This document shows positions 10,029 to 20,207 of a stretch of 64,000 bases of DNA, one piece after another. Numbering within the stretch: the first letter of the stretch is position 1; each line of letters opens with the position of its first letter. The stretch comes from Candidatus Eiseniibacteriota bacterium (GTDB lineage: Bacteria > Eisenbacteria > RBG-16-71-46 > CAIMUX01 > VGJL01), in contig CAWBWI010000001.1 of the NCBI GenBank assembly GCA_963792585.1, positions 1,504,001 through 1,568,000 of the forward strand, read 5' to 3'. Below the pieces are notes generated by a model. That model was not told where the DNA came from. It worked only from the letters and a program-made list of their open reading frames with translations, and did no database searches. The position numbers and the translations under genes are program-made.

Positions 10029-10996
10029 ATGAGCACGACCAACTGCTCCATGACGGGGAAGAACTACGCGATCCTGAAACGCCGGGACCTCACCCCGGGT
10101 CCGGACGGGGTCATCGAGTTCGTGGTCGAAGCGCCGCTGATCGCCCGTCACGCACAGGCCGGGTCAGTTCGTCATCATCCGCACGATGGGAGCCTCGGGG
10201 AGCGGATCCCGCTCACGATCGCCGCCTACGATCGCGCACCGCCGGGACGATCACGCTGATCTTCCAGATGGTCGGTTCTCGACCCGCGAAGATGGGCGAG
10301 TTGAGGCGAAGGGGACACGCTCCTCGACATCCTGGGTCCGCTCGGGCACGCCGATCGAGGTCAAGCAAGCACGACGATGCCCGTGATCTGCGTCGGCGGC
10401 GGCGTCGGCAGTCGCCCCGATCTGGCCGAAGGTCAAGGAACTCTACGAGCTCGGCAACCACGTCATCACGATCATCGGCGCCCGGACGAAGGACCTCCTG
10501 ATCCTCGAGGACGGAGCTGCGCGCGATCTCGACCGAGCTCTTCGTCACGACCGACGACGGTTCCTACGCTCGCAAAGGATTCGTGACCGCCGTGCTTCAC
10601 GAGCATGCTCGAGCAAGTACGGCGGGAAGGTCGCCGAGGTGATCGCGGTCGGCCCGCTGCCGATGATGGAGGCGTGCGTCAAGGAGATGGTCGGCAAGGG
10701 CTTCCGCGACACATACGATCCGGCTCTCGAATACGATCCGCGCCGGATACCGTGCATCGTCAGCCTGAACCCGATCATGGTCGACGGCACCGGGCATGTG
10801 CGGCGGCTGTCGCGTCGGCATCTGGAATGCGGACAAGGGCGAGTACGAGGCGCGATTCTCCTGCGTGGACGGGCCCGCCTTCGACGGCTACACGGTCGAC
10901 TTCGCCGCGCTCTCGCGGCGCAACAAGCAGTATCTCCAGATGGAGAGGGTGGTGGCGGAGCATGGATCGGGAAGCGGCGAAGAAAGAAGCTCTTAA
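10029..10996 (+). CDS. nfnA: NfnA/SudB-type FAD/NAD-binding, 2Fe-2S subunit (frameshifted)
   Basis: GERIPLTIA, GGGVG, TDDGSY, VGP.PMM, SLNPIMVDGTGMCGGCRV, CVDGP motifs. Confidence 0.85.
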
Positions 10997-12456
10997 GCAG
11001 AAGACGAAGACCGGAATGCCGATGCAGGACCCCGAGGTCCGCATCCACAACTTCTCGGTCGTCGAACTCGGGTACACGCCGGAGCTCGCCTGGAACGAGA
11101 TCGAACCGCTGCATCAACTGCAAAGATCCGAAGTGCGTCCCCTACTGTCCCGTCGAGATCGACATCCGGGCGATGATGGAAGCGGTGCGCGCCGAGGACT
11201 ACGAGCGGGCCTACAAGATCGTCACCTCCAACAATCTCTTTCCCGCGATCAGCGGCCGGGTCTGCCCGCAGGAAAACCAGTGCGAGATGGTCTGCGTACG
11301 CGGCCTGAAGGGTGAGCCGGTCGGAATCGGGTTCGTCGAGAAGTTCCTGGCCGATTGGGCACGCGAGCGCGGTATCCGCCCGGACGCCGACCTCGCTCCG
11401 CCCAATGGGAAGCAGATCGCGATCGTCGGCTCGGGCCCGGCCGGGATGTCGGCGGCGGCCGACCTCGTCCGCCTCGGCTACAAGGTCACGATGTACGAGG
11501 CGCTCCACCGTCCGGGCGGAGTGCTTCTCTACGGGATCCCCGAGTTCCGTCTGCCCAAGGCGATCGTCGACTACGAGATCGACAACCTCCGCGCGTTGGG
11601 GGTCGAGATCGTGATGAACACGCTCGTCGGCCGCACGATCACCATGAACGAGCTGATCGAGCAGTTCGATGCGATCTTCGTCGGAACAGGCGCCGGACTT
11701 CCCTACTTCATGAACATCCCGGGAGAGCAGCTGTCCGGCGTCTACTCTGCGAACGAGTTCCTCACCCGGGCGAACCTGATGGATGGCCCGGTCCTTCCCC
11801 GAGGCGCCGACGCCGATCCACATCGGCAAGCACGTCGGGGTCGTCGGCGGCGGCAACGTCGCGATGGACGCGGCGCGCGTCTCGAAGCGGCTCGGCGCCG
11901 AGGTGGTCGACGTGATCTACCGGCGCACCGAGGACGGAGATGCCGGCGCGTGCCGACGAGATCCACCACGCCGAGGAGGAAGGGATCAACTTCCTCTACC
12001 TGCACGCCCCGGTCGCGATTCACGGGAACGAGAGACGGGCTGGGTCCATGAGGTCGAGATGATTCGCATGGAGCTGGGAGAGCCCGACGAGTCGGGACGC
12101 CGCAGGCCCGTGGTCGTGGCCGATTCGAACTTCCGCAAGCCCTACGAGGTTCTGATCATGGCGATCGGCCAGGGACCGAATCCTCTGCTCGCACGCCTGA
12201 CCCCCTACCTCAAGACCACCAAGTGGGGCCAGCTCGTGATCGATCCGAAGAGCTGCAGCTCGACGCGAAGGACGCGCCCAAGACGGGAGCGGACGGTCCC
12301 CCGGACATCCCGATCGTCTGCGCCGGCGGCGACATCATCGGCTCGCAGGCAGGGGCAGGCGGCACCGTGATTGCGGCCATGGGGCACGGTAAGATCGCGG
12401 CCCGCACGATCCACGAAGCGCTGCTTCCCCGCAGCCCCAAACATCCCTTACCATAG
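10962..12456 (+). CDS. nfnB: NfnB/SudA-type (GltD-like) NADPH-dependent flavoprotein (frameshifted)
   Basis: CINCKDPKCVPYCPV, GRVCPQENQCE, GSGPAG, YGIPEFRLPK, GGGNVAMD, AGGD; overlaps the nfnA stop. Confidence 0.85.
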
Positions 12457-12461
12457 GGATC

Positions 12462-12914
12462 GTGAGACGGTTCTTTCCAATCGTGGCTGCGGCGACGGTC
12501 CTCGCCGCAGCTTCCTGTTCGTTCATGGGACTCGGCCAGCCTCCTGTGCGAATCGGAGGAGAGTGGGATCGCGCCCAGTCGAAAGTCGAGGCCTGGGCGA
12601 AGGGTGGCCATGGGCGGTCTTTCCAAACGCAGGACCTCGATGTTCGGGAGCGGAGAATCTACGATCCCCTCGATAGCTTGATCATCGCCGACGCCTATCG
12701 CCGGGCAGGGCTCGAGCACCCCGCATACCGTCGTTTTCCGCCCGCGCCCAAGGAGCCCGGCCGGCTCGTGCGGGAGAACTACATCTTCTACCTCCGGGGG
12801 AACCAGATCGTGGGGGTGGAGTATCGTGCGGTCGAGTCGGATGGGTGGGGAGGGCACAAGCAGTTGGATGAAGCGGTGGGAGAGCTTTCCGAGTCGCCGC
12901 CGCTCACCAGTTGA
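12462..12914 (+). CDS. Hypothetical lipoprotein
   Basis: Basic N-terminus, hydrophobic stretch and LAAASC lipobox-like motif. Confidence 0.6.
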   Translation: MRRFFPIVAAATVLAAASCSFMGLGQPPVRIGGEWDRAQSKVEAWAKGGHGRSFQTQDLDVRERRIYDPLDSLIIADAYRRAGLEHPAYRRFPPAPKEPGRLVRENYIFYLRGNQIVGVEYRAVESDGWGGHKQLDEAVGELSESPPLTS

Positions 12915-13018
12915 GCGCCCGGCGACGCTCGGTGCGAGCGTATGGCTTCGATGACCAAAGAACAAAACGGCCATCCCGGGTACGGTCGGCTGTTGCGCAA
13001 AAGGGGGCTGGTGGGTTG

Positions 13019-15136
13019 GTGAAAGTGCGCGCCGCCGTCTTACTGCTTTCCGTCCTCTTCGCACAGGCGGCGACGGCCGCCACGTTCCGGGGTCGCGTCG
13101 TCGAGTCCGAGCATGGCACCGCCGTCCCCCACGCCTTTGTGACGATCAACGGAACCGTTCACGCCGAGGCCGATTCCTCCGGTTGGTTCAAGATCGATGA
13201 TCTGCCCGAGGGCCCAGCGAAGATCAAGATCGAACATGTCGCCTACATGCCCTGGGAGCGGGAAGTTCGCCTTCGCGAATCCCGCCCTACCGAACTGGCG
13301 ATCCGCCTTCGCCTTCGCGTCCAGACCATCGAGGCTGTCGAGATCGGCGCCACACGCCCCGATCCCTCTGTGCCCCAAGGAAAGCGGACGATCTCGGCGA
13401 TGCAGATTCGACGGGCCGCAGGAGGCGTCGCAACCGATCCCCTCAGGGTCATCCAGGCGCTTCCCGGATCGGCGGCGGCGGGGGATGACTTCTCCAACCG
13501 CTATGTCGTGAGGGGAGGCGATCCGGAAGAGAACACCGTCCTCTATGACGACTACTTCCTCCTCCAACCGGTCCATCTCGAGGGATTCACCTCGGTCATC
13601 TACGACGACCTCGTCAGCAGTGTCGATCTCTACCCGGGCGCCCTACCGCCGCGCTTCGGCGATGCGCTATCGAGCGTCACCCTCCTGGGTTCGGCTCGCC
13701 CCGAGAAGAACCGACGCTTCTTTCGATACGACCTGGGTTCGATCGCGCTCGGCGGACAGCTCGCACGGGACGAGACCTATGCCGTCGCCGCCGCGAGGAC
13801 GAGCTTCTACAACTTGATCGTGCGCCGACCCCCAGGGGTCAAGACCCGCAGCTTCCAGGACTTCGCCGGCAAGGCGATCCACGATGGAGATCGGGTCGGG
13901 ACCTCGGCCACGGTGGTCGCCACGCGCGATCGAGAGACCGGGGATGTCGATCGCGCAATCGACTCCTACCTCGCGGGCGTTCGGATCGGAAGCCTACCGG
14001 GGCTGAACAGCTGGCAGGCAGGGGTCTCCCTCAGCAACAGGACATCGGACGCGAAGGTGAAGCGACCCCGGAGTGAGACGAAGGGCGATCTTCAGCGACT
14101 GGGCGTGACCGGAGGCGTCTTGCGGAACATCTCCCCCAGTCTCCAGACGCGCTTCGACGGGGAGGCCCGGCAGGAGCGGTTCGACGATTCGGTCCACCGC
14201 CGCAGCGCCGCCGGGGGGTTTCTCTCCGCAGAGGGCACATATGCCGCCTCGTTGGCGTCGATTTCCGCGGGCGCCCGGGTGGAGAAGATCCCTTTCACCA
14301 AGACCAACCCGGTCTCTCCTTACGTCTCGTTCCGCGTGCGCGGGCTCGGACGCATTACGCCCGGAGGCGCTTACCGGATCGTGCGGCAAAGCCCCTTCGC
14401 CCTGAATGAATCGTACGAGGTCGCCGGCCTGCCGGTCGACGCCGGCCGGCTATTGAGCCTCGTCGAGAATGATCTCGAGCCGCTGCGGGCGGATCACGTT
14501 TCGGGATCGCTCGAGGCGGATCTCGGCGGCGGGCTGAGCGCCGGAATCGAGGTCTACCGGAAGCGTTACGACCAACTGCTGACCTGGAAGAACAAGGACA
14601 AGACATACGAGCCGGTCGACAGCACGATCGCCAACGGCGGATCCGGGAAGGGTGTCGGGTGCGAAATCACCTTGCGCCGGGAGCGAGGCCGCGTGACCGG
14701 GGTGGCCTCCTACACGATCGCGCGAACGCGCAAGCGCGAAGGACCGGCGACCGAGATGAACGCGGCCGACCACGATCGCCCGCGCATGCTCCAGGTCTCC
14801 CTCGACATTCCGGTGCGCGGCGGCACATCGTTCGCGGTCGCTTACAGGGCGTCGACCGGACGCCCGATCACGCCGTTGGGTGACGAGGGGCGCCTCGACC
14901 CATCGGTCATCAACAGCCAGCGTCTTCCGTCCTATCGCCGACTCGACCTGAAGCTCGAGCAAAGGATCCTGCAGAGCAAGACCGAGGCGTTCCTCTACCT
15001 CGACGTCTTGAACATCCTGAATCACAAGAACGTGGTCGATCTGATCCAGTTCGTCGGCAGCGGCGGGCGGATCGTGCGGATCCAGAGTCAGGGAGTGAGA
15101 ATCCTGCCGGTGGCGGGATTCGGGTTCTACTTCTAG
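13019..15136 (+). CDS. TonB-dependent receptor (N-terminal carboxypeptidase-regulatory-like domain, plug, barrel)
   Basis: Signal peptide; DPLRVIQALPG, VRGG..EEN, FGDALSSV plug motifs; RLPSYRRLD; C-terminal Phe. Confidence 0.85.
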   Translation: MKVRAAVLLLSVLFAQAATAATFRGRVVESEHGTAVPHAFVTINGTVHAEADSSGWFKIDDLPEGPAKIKIEHVAYMPWEREVRLRESRPTELAIRLRLRVQTIEAVEIGATRPDPSVPQGKRTISAMQIRRAAGGVATDPLRVIQALPGSAAAGDDFSNRYVVRGGDPEENTVLYDDYFLLQPVHLEGFTSVIYDDLVSSVDLYPGALPPRFGDALSSVTLLGSARPEKNRRFFRYDLGSIALGGQLARDETYAVAAARTSFYNLIVRRPPGVKTRSFQDFAGKAIHDGDRVGTSATVVATRDRETGDVDRAIDSYLAGVRIGSLPGLNSWQAGVSLSNRTSDAKVKRPRSETKGDLQRLGVTGGVLRNISPSLQTRFDGEARQERFDDSVHRRSAAGGFLSAEGTYAASLASISAGARVEKIPFTKTNPVSPYVSFRVRGLGRITPGGAYRIVRQSPFALNESYEVAGLPVDAGRLLSLVENDLEPLRADHVSGSLEADLGGGLSAGIEVYRKRYDQLLTWKNKDKTYEPVDSTIANGGSGKGVGCEITLRRERGRVTGVASYTIARTRKREGPATEMNAADHDRPRMLQVSLDIPVRGGTSFAVAYRASTGRPITPLGDEGRLDPSVINSQRLPSYRRLDLKLEQRILQSKTEAFLYLDVLNILNHKNVVDLIQFVGSGGRIVRIQSQGVRILPVAGFGFYF

Positions 15137-15147
15137 CGCATGCCGAA

Positions 15148-15176
15148 GGGGCCCGTCCCGTCTGGGCACGGGCCCC
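15148..15176. terminator. Hairpin between convergent genes
   Basis: GGGGCCCGT...ACGGGCCCC inverted repeat between the stops at 15136 and 15188. Confidence 0.55.
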
Positions 15177-15187
15177 GGATCCCGAAC

Positions 15188-15580
15188 CTAGGCCGCACCC
15201 TTCTGCGCCTCGGTGAGCGCATGCTCGATGAGGACGAGAAGGGTCTTCGGATCGTATGGCTTGGTCAGGTAGTGCCGGATCCCCCGATGGAAGGCCTTGA
15301 CCTGAGATCGCTCCTGCGTGTCCGCAGTGAGGAAGATGACGGGCAGGTGCTGCAGGCCGTCCTCGCGCAGCGCGTCGAGCACGGCGAACGCATTTCCTTC
15401 CGGCATGTTGATGTCCAGGATCGCGATGTCAGGCTGCGATTCGCGAATGCCCTTGACCGCAGCGCGGCCGTCCATGGCGGTGATCACCTCGTAGCCGGCC
15501 GCCTCCAACCGAATCCGGAGGGCGAGGATGATATCGGGATCGTCGTCGGCAACCAGCACCCTGACCTTCTTCGTCGACAT
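15188..15580 (-). CDS. Single-domain response regulator (CheY-like)
   Basis: VLVADDD, PDIAILD, LTA, KPY; AAGGAGG RBS. Confidence 0.9.
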   Translation of the reverse strand: MSTKKVRVLVADDDPDIILALRIRLEAAGYEVITAMDGRAAVKGIRESQPDIAILDINMPEGNAFAVLDALREDGLQHLPVIFLTADTQERSQVKAFHRGIRHYLTKPYDPKTLLVLIEHALTEAQKGAA

Positions 15581-15581
15581 C

Positions 15582-16805
15582 CTAGTTTCCTCCTTCACGG
15601 TCGAACCACCGGAGGACCGCATCGGTCATCTCCTCGGGTCCCCCGAATTCACGTGAATGGACCTTGTCGGGACGCGGCTGCCACTCGACTTGTGCGCCGA
15701 CCTGAAAACGGAGCCGATCGGTGACGGTCCGGAGGCACCGCCGGACGTGGGGTCCGATGCTCTCCGGCTCGCCGGCGATGACGAAGCAGATCTCCGGATC
15801 GTGGTCGATGGCGGCCACGACCTCGTCGTGAGGCCCCAGGCATCGGCTCATGGCGTCCCGGATCTGCTCTCCGATCTGTTCCGCGCTCGGATGGAGGGCT
15901 CCCTCCCAGCGTTGGGCGCGTGCCCGCACGAACGCGAAGCCGCCCCCTTCCTCAACATGTCGCCAGGAACTCCTGAGGGCGCTTTCGATCACCGTGCGCG
16001 GCCGGAATGGAGGCAATACTAGAGAGAAGACCGACCCCGTACCGGGCTCGGACCTCACGTCGACGTGCCCGCCGTGGAGGTCGACGATCTCCTGGACGAT
16101 CGTCAGGCCCAAGCCCAGTCCCCCGGGACGGACCCGCCGCGCATGGTCCCCCCTGCTGAATCGCTTGAACATGGTCTTGAGCGTCAAGGGATCGATGCCC
16201 GCGCCGTTGTCATGGACAGAGACCATGACGCCGCCGCCGGCCTCCGGGCAGGCGGTGATCCGGATCTCGACCGACTCCCGCGAGTACTTGATCGCGTTGT
16301 CGACGAGATTGCGGATCGCCTCGAGAATCCGATCGGGGTCCACGAAGACATCCGGCAGAGCGCGGCTCAGTTCCAACTCCAGCCGCACGTCCTTTCCACC
16401 GTGAGCGGCGCCGTGAAGCAACGCATCCCGGTCGAGGAGTCGGGCCATGGAAACGCGCTTTCGCGCGAGCCGGAAGCTCCCTTGCTGTATTCGCGTGATC
16501 GCGAGCAGTTGTTCGATCATTTCGGCGAGGGTGTCCGCATTCCGAAGGGCGATGAGAAGATACTCCGTCTGACGCTCCGTCACCGGCCCGGCGAGCCCGT
16601 CCATGACGATCGACACGAACTCCCGAAGACTCGTCAGCGGGCTTCGCAGGTCGTGGGAGACATTCGCGAAGAAGTCCGCCTGCGCTCGATTCGCTCGGGC
16701 CAACTCACGGTTGGTCTCCAGCAGTCGCAAGCGCTCCCAATCTCGCTCTTTGTCGGAGCCTCGAGAGGCGCTGACAGCAGCCGTTTGACCGTAGGCGATT
16801 GACAT
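15582..16805 (-). CDS. Cytoplasmic histidine kinase (HisKA + HATPase) with degenerate GGDEF-like tail
   Basis: VSHDLRSPL H-box, NLVDNAIKY, DNGAGI, GLGLGL; no sensor domain or TM segment visible. Confidence 0.85.
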   Translation of the reverse strand: MSIAYGQTAAVSASRGSDKERDWERLRLLETNRELARANRAQADFFANVSHDLRSPLTSLREFVSIVMDGLAGPVTERQTEYLLIALRNADTLAEMIEQLLAITRIQQGSFRLARKRVSMARLLDRDALLHGAAHGGKDVRLELELSRALPDVFVDPDRILEAIRNLVDNAIKYSRESVEIRITACPEAGGGVMVSVHDNGAGIDPLTLKTMFKRFSRGDHARRVRPGGLGLGLTIVQEIVDLHGGHVDVRSEPGTGSVFSLVLPPFRPRTVIESALRSSWRHVEEGGGFAFVRARAQRWEGALHPSAEQIGEQIRDAMSRCLGPHDEVVAAIDHDPEICFVIAGEPESIGPHVRRCLRTVTDRLRFQVGAQVEWQPRPDKVHSREFGGPEEMTDAVLRWFDREGGN

Positions 16806-16979
16806 TCCTTCCGTGACCCCGCTACGCGCCGGGCCGGATTCCATCCTCCGCCGTCCTGGCGGGGCGTTGCCGGCTCGGAGAAGCATCCTCCCGTCCATGC
16901 ACACGTTCGGGAGACCCTCCTGGGAGTCCCCATCTATCCGTCGGCCGTACCGAGACGCTTCTTGAGGGAAACGGCGGGG

Positions 16980-17354
16980 CTAAGCGGCCTTGCCGCCGAG
17001 CGCGCGGTCGATGACCTCGAGGAGTCGCCGGCGGCTGAACGGAAGCGGCAGGGTGGGAAGGTCCTTCAGGGCGGCGCTGTCCGACGGGAAGAGGTGGGCG
17101 GAGACGAGGACGATGGGAAACTCCCCATGTTGACGGACCCGGCCGGCCAGCTCGGCCGGACCCAAGTTGGGAAGATCCACGTCGATGATGCAGAGGTCCG
17201 GAGCAACCACCTGGAGAGAATCCAGGAGCGCGGAGGCGCCATCGCTGGCCTCAACCGTCGCTCCCTCCCGCTCCAGGGTGCGCCGAAGAGCGTCGCGGAA
17301 CGAGGAATCCGCGACACCGATCGCGATCCTCCTGCCCCGCAGAATCGTGCTCAT
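16980..17354 (-). CDS. Atypical single-domain receiver protein
   Basis: PDLCIID retained, but no acidic pair and LPF in place of KPF; GGAGGT RBS. Confidence 0.75.
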   Translation of the reverse strand: MSTILRGRRIAIGVADSSFRDALRRTLEREGATVEASDGASALLDSLQVVAPDLCIIDVDLPNLGPAELAGRVRQHGEFPIVLVSAHLFPSDSAALKDLPTLPLPFSRRRLLEVIDRALGGKAA

Positions 17355-17377
17355 GGCACCTCCTGCAGGGTCCTCCA

Positions 17378-17393
17378 AGCAGGTCGCGTGCCA
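17378..17393 (-). promoter_or_regulatory. sigma54 (-24/-12) promoter
   Basis: TGGCACGCGACCTGCT (GG-N10-GC) upstream of the RBS of the 17354 gene. Confidence 0.75.
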
Positions 17394-17478
17394 GATTCGG
17401 GAACAGCTGGAAATCAAAGTCGCGACTTGGGGTTGCACCGATCCCGACGCACCGGGGGCGTGAGAGGATTCAGTCATC

Positions 17479-17528
17479 CGTCCCGGAGTGGGGACGCGCG
17501 GCGGACAGGCCGTTCCGCGGGTGGGACG
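17479..17528. promoter_or_regulatory. Tandem enhancer-like palindromes CGT(C/T)CC-N6-GGGACG
   Basis: CGTCCC-GGAGTG-GGGACG (17479-17496) and CGTTCC-GCGGGT-GGGACG (17511-17528), 32 bp apart, upstream of the sigma54 promoter. Confidence 0.55.
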
Positions 17529-17562
17529 CTCCCGCGACCTCCTGAGGCCGTTCCTTCCAGCC

Positions 17563-18951
17563 CTAAGGAGCCGGTGGCCGGACCGCGTCGGTCCCGCCCT
17601 CCCCGTCGGAGCCTTCGTCCGCCACGCCGGGGGAATCCTCGTCCTTGAGATCGCCAAGGCGGCGGTAGAGCGCGCTGCGAGAAAGGCCCAACATCCGAGC
17701 GGCCTCCCGCTTGTCGTCATCGACCGCCTTGAGGGTCTGACGGATGATCTCGCGCTCGGCCGTCTCAAGGGGGGTCCCCACCGAAATCTGGATCGTCCGA
17801 GGCCGCTCGGGACGGATCTCGGCAGGAAGATGCTCGATCGCGATCTCTCCTCCCCGAGACAGAACGAAAGCATGCTCGAGGACATGCTCGAGTTCTCGCA
17901 CATTGCCAGGCCATGAGTAGGCGTCGAAGGCCCGCCACACCCGATCCGACATGGGCGGGATGGGTCGGTCGGCCTCCCGCGCGAGTCGCGACAGGATGGA
18001 GCGGGTCAGGATCGCAATGTCCTCGCGCCGCTCGCGAAGGGGCGGGATGTGGATCTCGATCACGTGGAGCCGATAGTAGAGGTCCTCGCGGAACTCCTTC
18101 TTTTGGGCAAGCAGGCGGAGTTCCCGGTTGGTCGCCGCGATGACGCGCACGTCCGTCTTGTGCGTCTGCGAGGATCCGACCCGCTCGAACTCCCCGACCT
18201 GGAGCACGCGCAAGAGTCGCGCCTGTGTCGTGTACGACATCTCCGAGACCTCGTCGAGGAAGAGAGTCCCCCCATTGGCGTATTCGAAACGCCCCGTGCG
18301 CGGACGGTCCGCCCCGGTGAACGCGCCCTTCTCGTGGCCGAACAGCTCGGACTCGATCAGGTTCTCGGGCAGTGCCGCGCAGTTGACGCGCACCAGTGGA
18401 CCCTTCGCCCGTGGGCTGTTCCGGTGGATCAACTCGGCTACGATCTCCTTCCCGGTGCCTGTTTCTCCGGTGATCAGGACGGTGCTGCGCGAGGGTGCCG
18501 CCAGCGCGATCAACTCGCGCACCTGCAGGATTCCCCCGCTCTCCCCTTCGAGGCGCGGTCCGTCTCCGGCCTCCGGTTCGGCCGGCGTACGCGCCTTGCG
18601 GACCTTCGCGAATGCGGCCCGGAGAACGGCGAGGCGCACCGGCTTCGAAAGGTAGTCGAATGCGCCGAGTCTCAAAGCCTCAACCGCCGACTCGACCGAG
18701 GCGTGGCCGGTCACCATGATGAACGGCACGTGTTCCCCCGTCGCCCGCAGGCGGCGGAGCATCTCGATTCCGTCGATCCCCGGCATCATGAGATCGCAGA
18801 GGACCAGGTCCGCTCCCTCGACGCGCAGCATCGACAGGGCTTCCGCGGCGGCTGGGGCCTCCCGCACCTCCCATCCCTCCCGGCGCGCGATCGCCGCCAG
18901 ACTTGCCCGGGTGTCTGCATCGTCGTCGACGATGAGGATTCGCTCAGCCAT
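17563..18951 (-). CDS. sigma54-dependent NtrC-family response regulator
   Basis: Receiver; GETGTGKE; ESELFGHEKGAFTGA; LFLDE; WPGNVREL; Fis-type HTH. Confidence 0.95.
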   Translation of the reverse strand: MAERILIVDDDADTRASLAAIARREGWEVREAPAAAEALSMLRVEGADLVLCDLMMPGIDGIEMLRRLRATGEHVPFIMVTGHASVESAVEALRLGAFDYLSKPVRLAVLRAAFAKVRKARTPAEPEAGDGPRLEGESGGILQVRELIALAAPSRSTVLITGETGTGKEIVAELIHRNSPRAKGPLVRVNCAALPENLIESELFGHEKGAFTGADRPRTGRFEYANGGTLFLDEVSEMSYTTQARLLRVLQVGEFERVGSSQTHKTDVRVIAATNRELRLLAQKKEFREDLYYRLHVIEIHIPPLRERREDIAILTRSILSRLAREADRPIPPMSDRVWRAFDAYSWPGNVRELEHVLEHAFVLSRGGEIAIEHLPAEIRPERPRTIQISVGTPLETAEREIIRQTLKAVDDDKREAARMLGLSRSALYRRLGDLKDEDSPGVADEGSDGEGGTDAVRPPAP

Positions 18952-20137
18952 CGAGCTCGGTCCCATTCACGGGTATGCGGACGACCGCCTCCGCCCCTCC
19001 GTCGGGATGGTTGCGGAGATCGATCGTCCCACGGTGCGCGAGCACGATCTCCTGGACGAGATGCAAGCCCAGGCCCGAACCGACGCGTTTGGTGGTGGTG
19101 AATATCTCGAAAGCGCCGCCCCCGACCAATTCCGGAGGCAGGCCCGGCCCGTTGTCCCGCAGTCGCACGACAAGGGAACCCTCCTCGGTCCCGGCATCGA
19201 TCTCGATCCGCGGCGCGATCTCTTCGGGAATCGCATCGAGCGAGTTCCCGGCCAAGTTGTGAAAGACGCGGAGCATCTGGAGGGGATCGAGCCAAACTTC
19301 CGACTCCGGATCGCGGCAGCGGATTTCGATCTCGTAACCGGCCCGGTGGCTCTTCGAAAGCAGTTCGGTTCGAACGGTCTCCAGGAACTCCCCCAGGAGG
19401 AAGCGGGACCGGTGCGGCTTGATCGGCCGGATCATGAGCAGGTAGTCTTCTGCGAGTCCTTCGATCCGCTGGATCTCTCGCATGAAGAGGCCGAGGGAAT
19501 TGCGTACCCGCTGGCTGAGCGCGGCATCTGCTCGATCCCCGGCCGACACGAGTAGCTCGTCGATTTCCTCGGCGAGAATTTCCGCCTCGAGAGCGAGGAC
19601 ACCAAGGGGGGTCCGAAGCTCGTGGAATACCTTGCCGACCACCCGGGCAAGGGCAACGAGTCGCTCGGTCTGCAGGATCTTCTCCTGCATCGCCCGCTTC
19701 TCGGTCTGATCGAGGATGATGGACGTCGCACCGACCACACGTCCACCCACGTCGCGGACGATGGAGCGACAAACCTCGACCGGGATCCGCCGGCCATCGC
19801 GCGCGATGCAGTCGGTGGCGAAGAAGAGGACCTGTCCTTCCGCCGTCACGCGGCGCCTCAACTCCTCCTCGGCAACGCGCGCGTGATCACCGGAGACCAG
19901 GATTCCGTATGACTTGCCGACTACCTCTTCGGGCGCATAGCCCAGCAGCCGCTCGGCGCCGGCGCTCCAGACGTGGATCCGGTCCCCCGGATCCGTCACG
20001 ACGAACGCGACCGCGGCCTGGCGGACCACCGCCTCGAACGAGCGGGCGACCAGTTCTCCCGATGTGGGTTCGCCTGCACCCGGCGCGCGATCGGCGGCAT
20101 CCGCCGAAGTGGGATCGGTCCCTTGGGTGGAATCCAT
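18944..20137 (-). CDS. PAS-domain sensor histidine kinase (NtrB-like)
   Basis: PAS (WSAGAERLLGY..EEVVG), HELRTPL, DNGPG, FTTTK..GSGLGL; overlaps the NtrC gene start. Confidence 0.92.
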   Translation of the reverse strand: MDSTQGTDPTSADAADRAPGAGEPTSGELVARSFEAVVRQAAVAFVVTDPGDRIHVWSAGAERLLGYAPEEVVGKSYGILVSGDHARVAEEELRRRVTAEGQVLFFATDCIARDGRRIPVEVCRSIVRDVGGRVVGATSIILDQTEKRAMQEKILQTERLVALARVVGKVFHELRTPLGVLALEAEILAEEIDELLVSAGDRADAALSQRVRNSLGLFMREIQRIEGLAEDYLLMIRPIKPHRSRFLLGEFLETVRTELLSKSHRAGYEIEIRCRDPESEVWLDPLQMLRVFHNLAGNSLDAIPEEIAPRIEIDAGTEEGSLVVRLRDNGPGLPPELVGGGAFEIFTTTKRVGSGLGLHLVQEIVLAHRGTIDLRNHPDGGAEAVVRIPVNGTELDG

Positions 20138-20144
20138 GGCGCGC

Positions 20145-20174
20145 AGTCTAGCCGCCGGTGCGAGAGGCGGTCAA
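20145..20174 (-). promoter_or_regulatory. sigma70 promoter, probably giving a leaderless kinase mRNA
   Basis: TTGACC-N18-TAGACT with 7 nt before ATG 20137; no SD. Confidence 0.55.
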
Positions 20175-20207
20175 TCGCCGTCGGCGGGAGAGGATGGAAG
20201 TGAGCGT

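Noticed and set aside
10962..12456. Glutamate synthase small subunit gltD
   Set aside because: No gltB adjacent; pairing with an NfnA-type gene indicates NfnAB/SudAB
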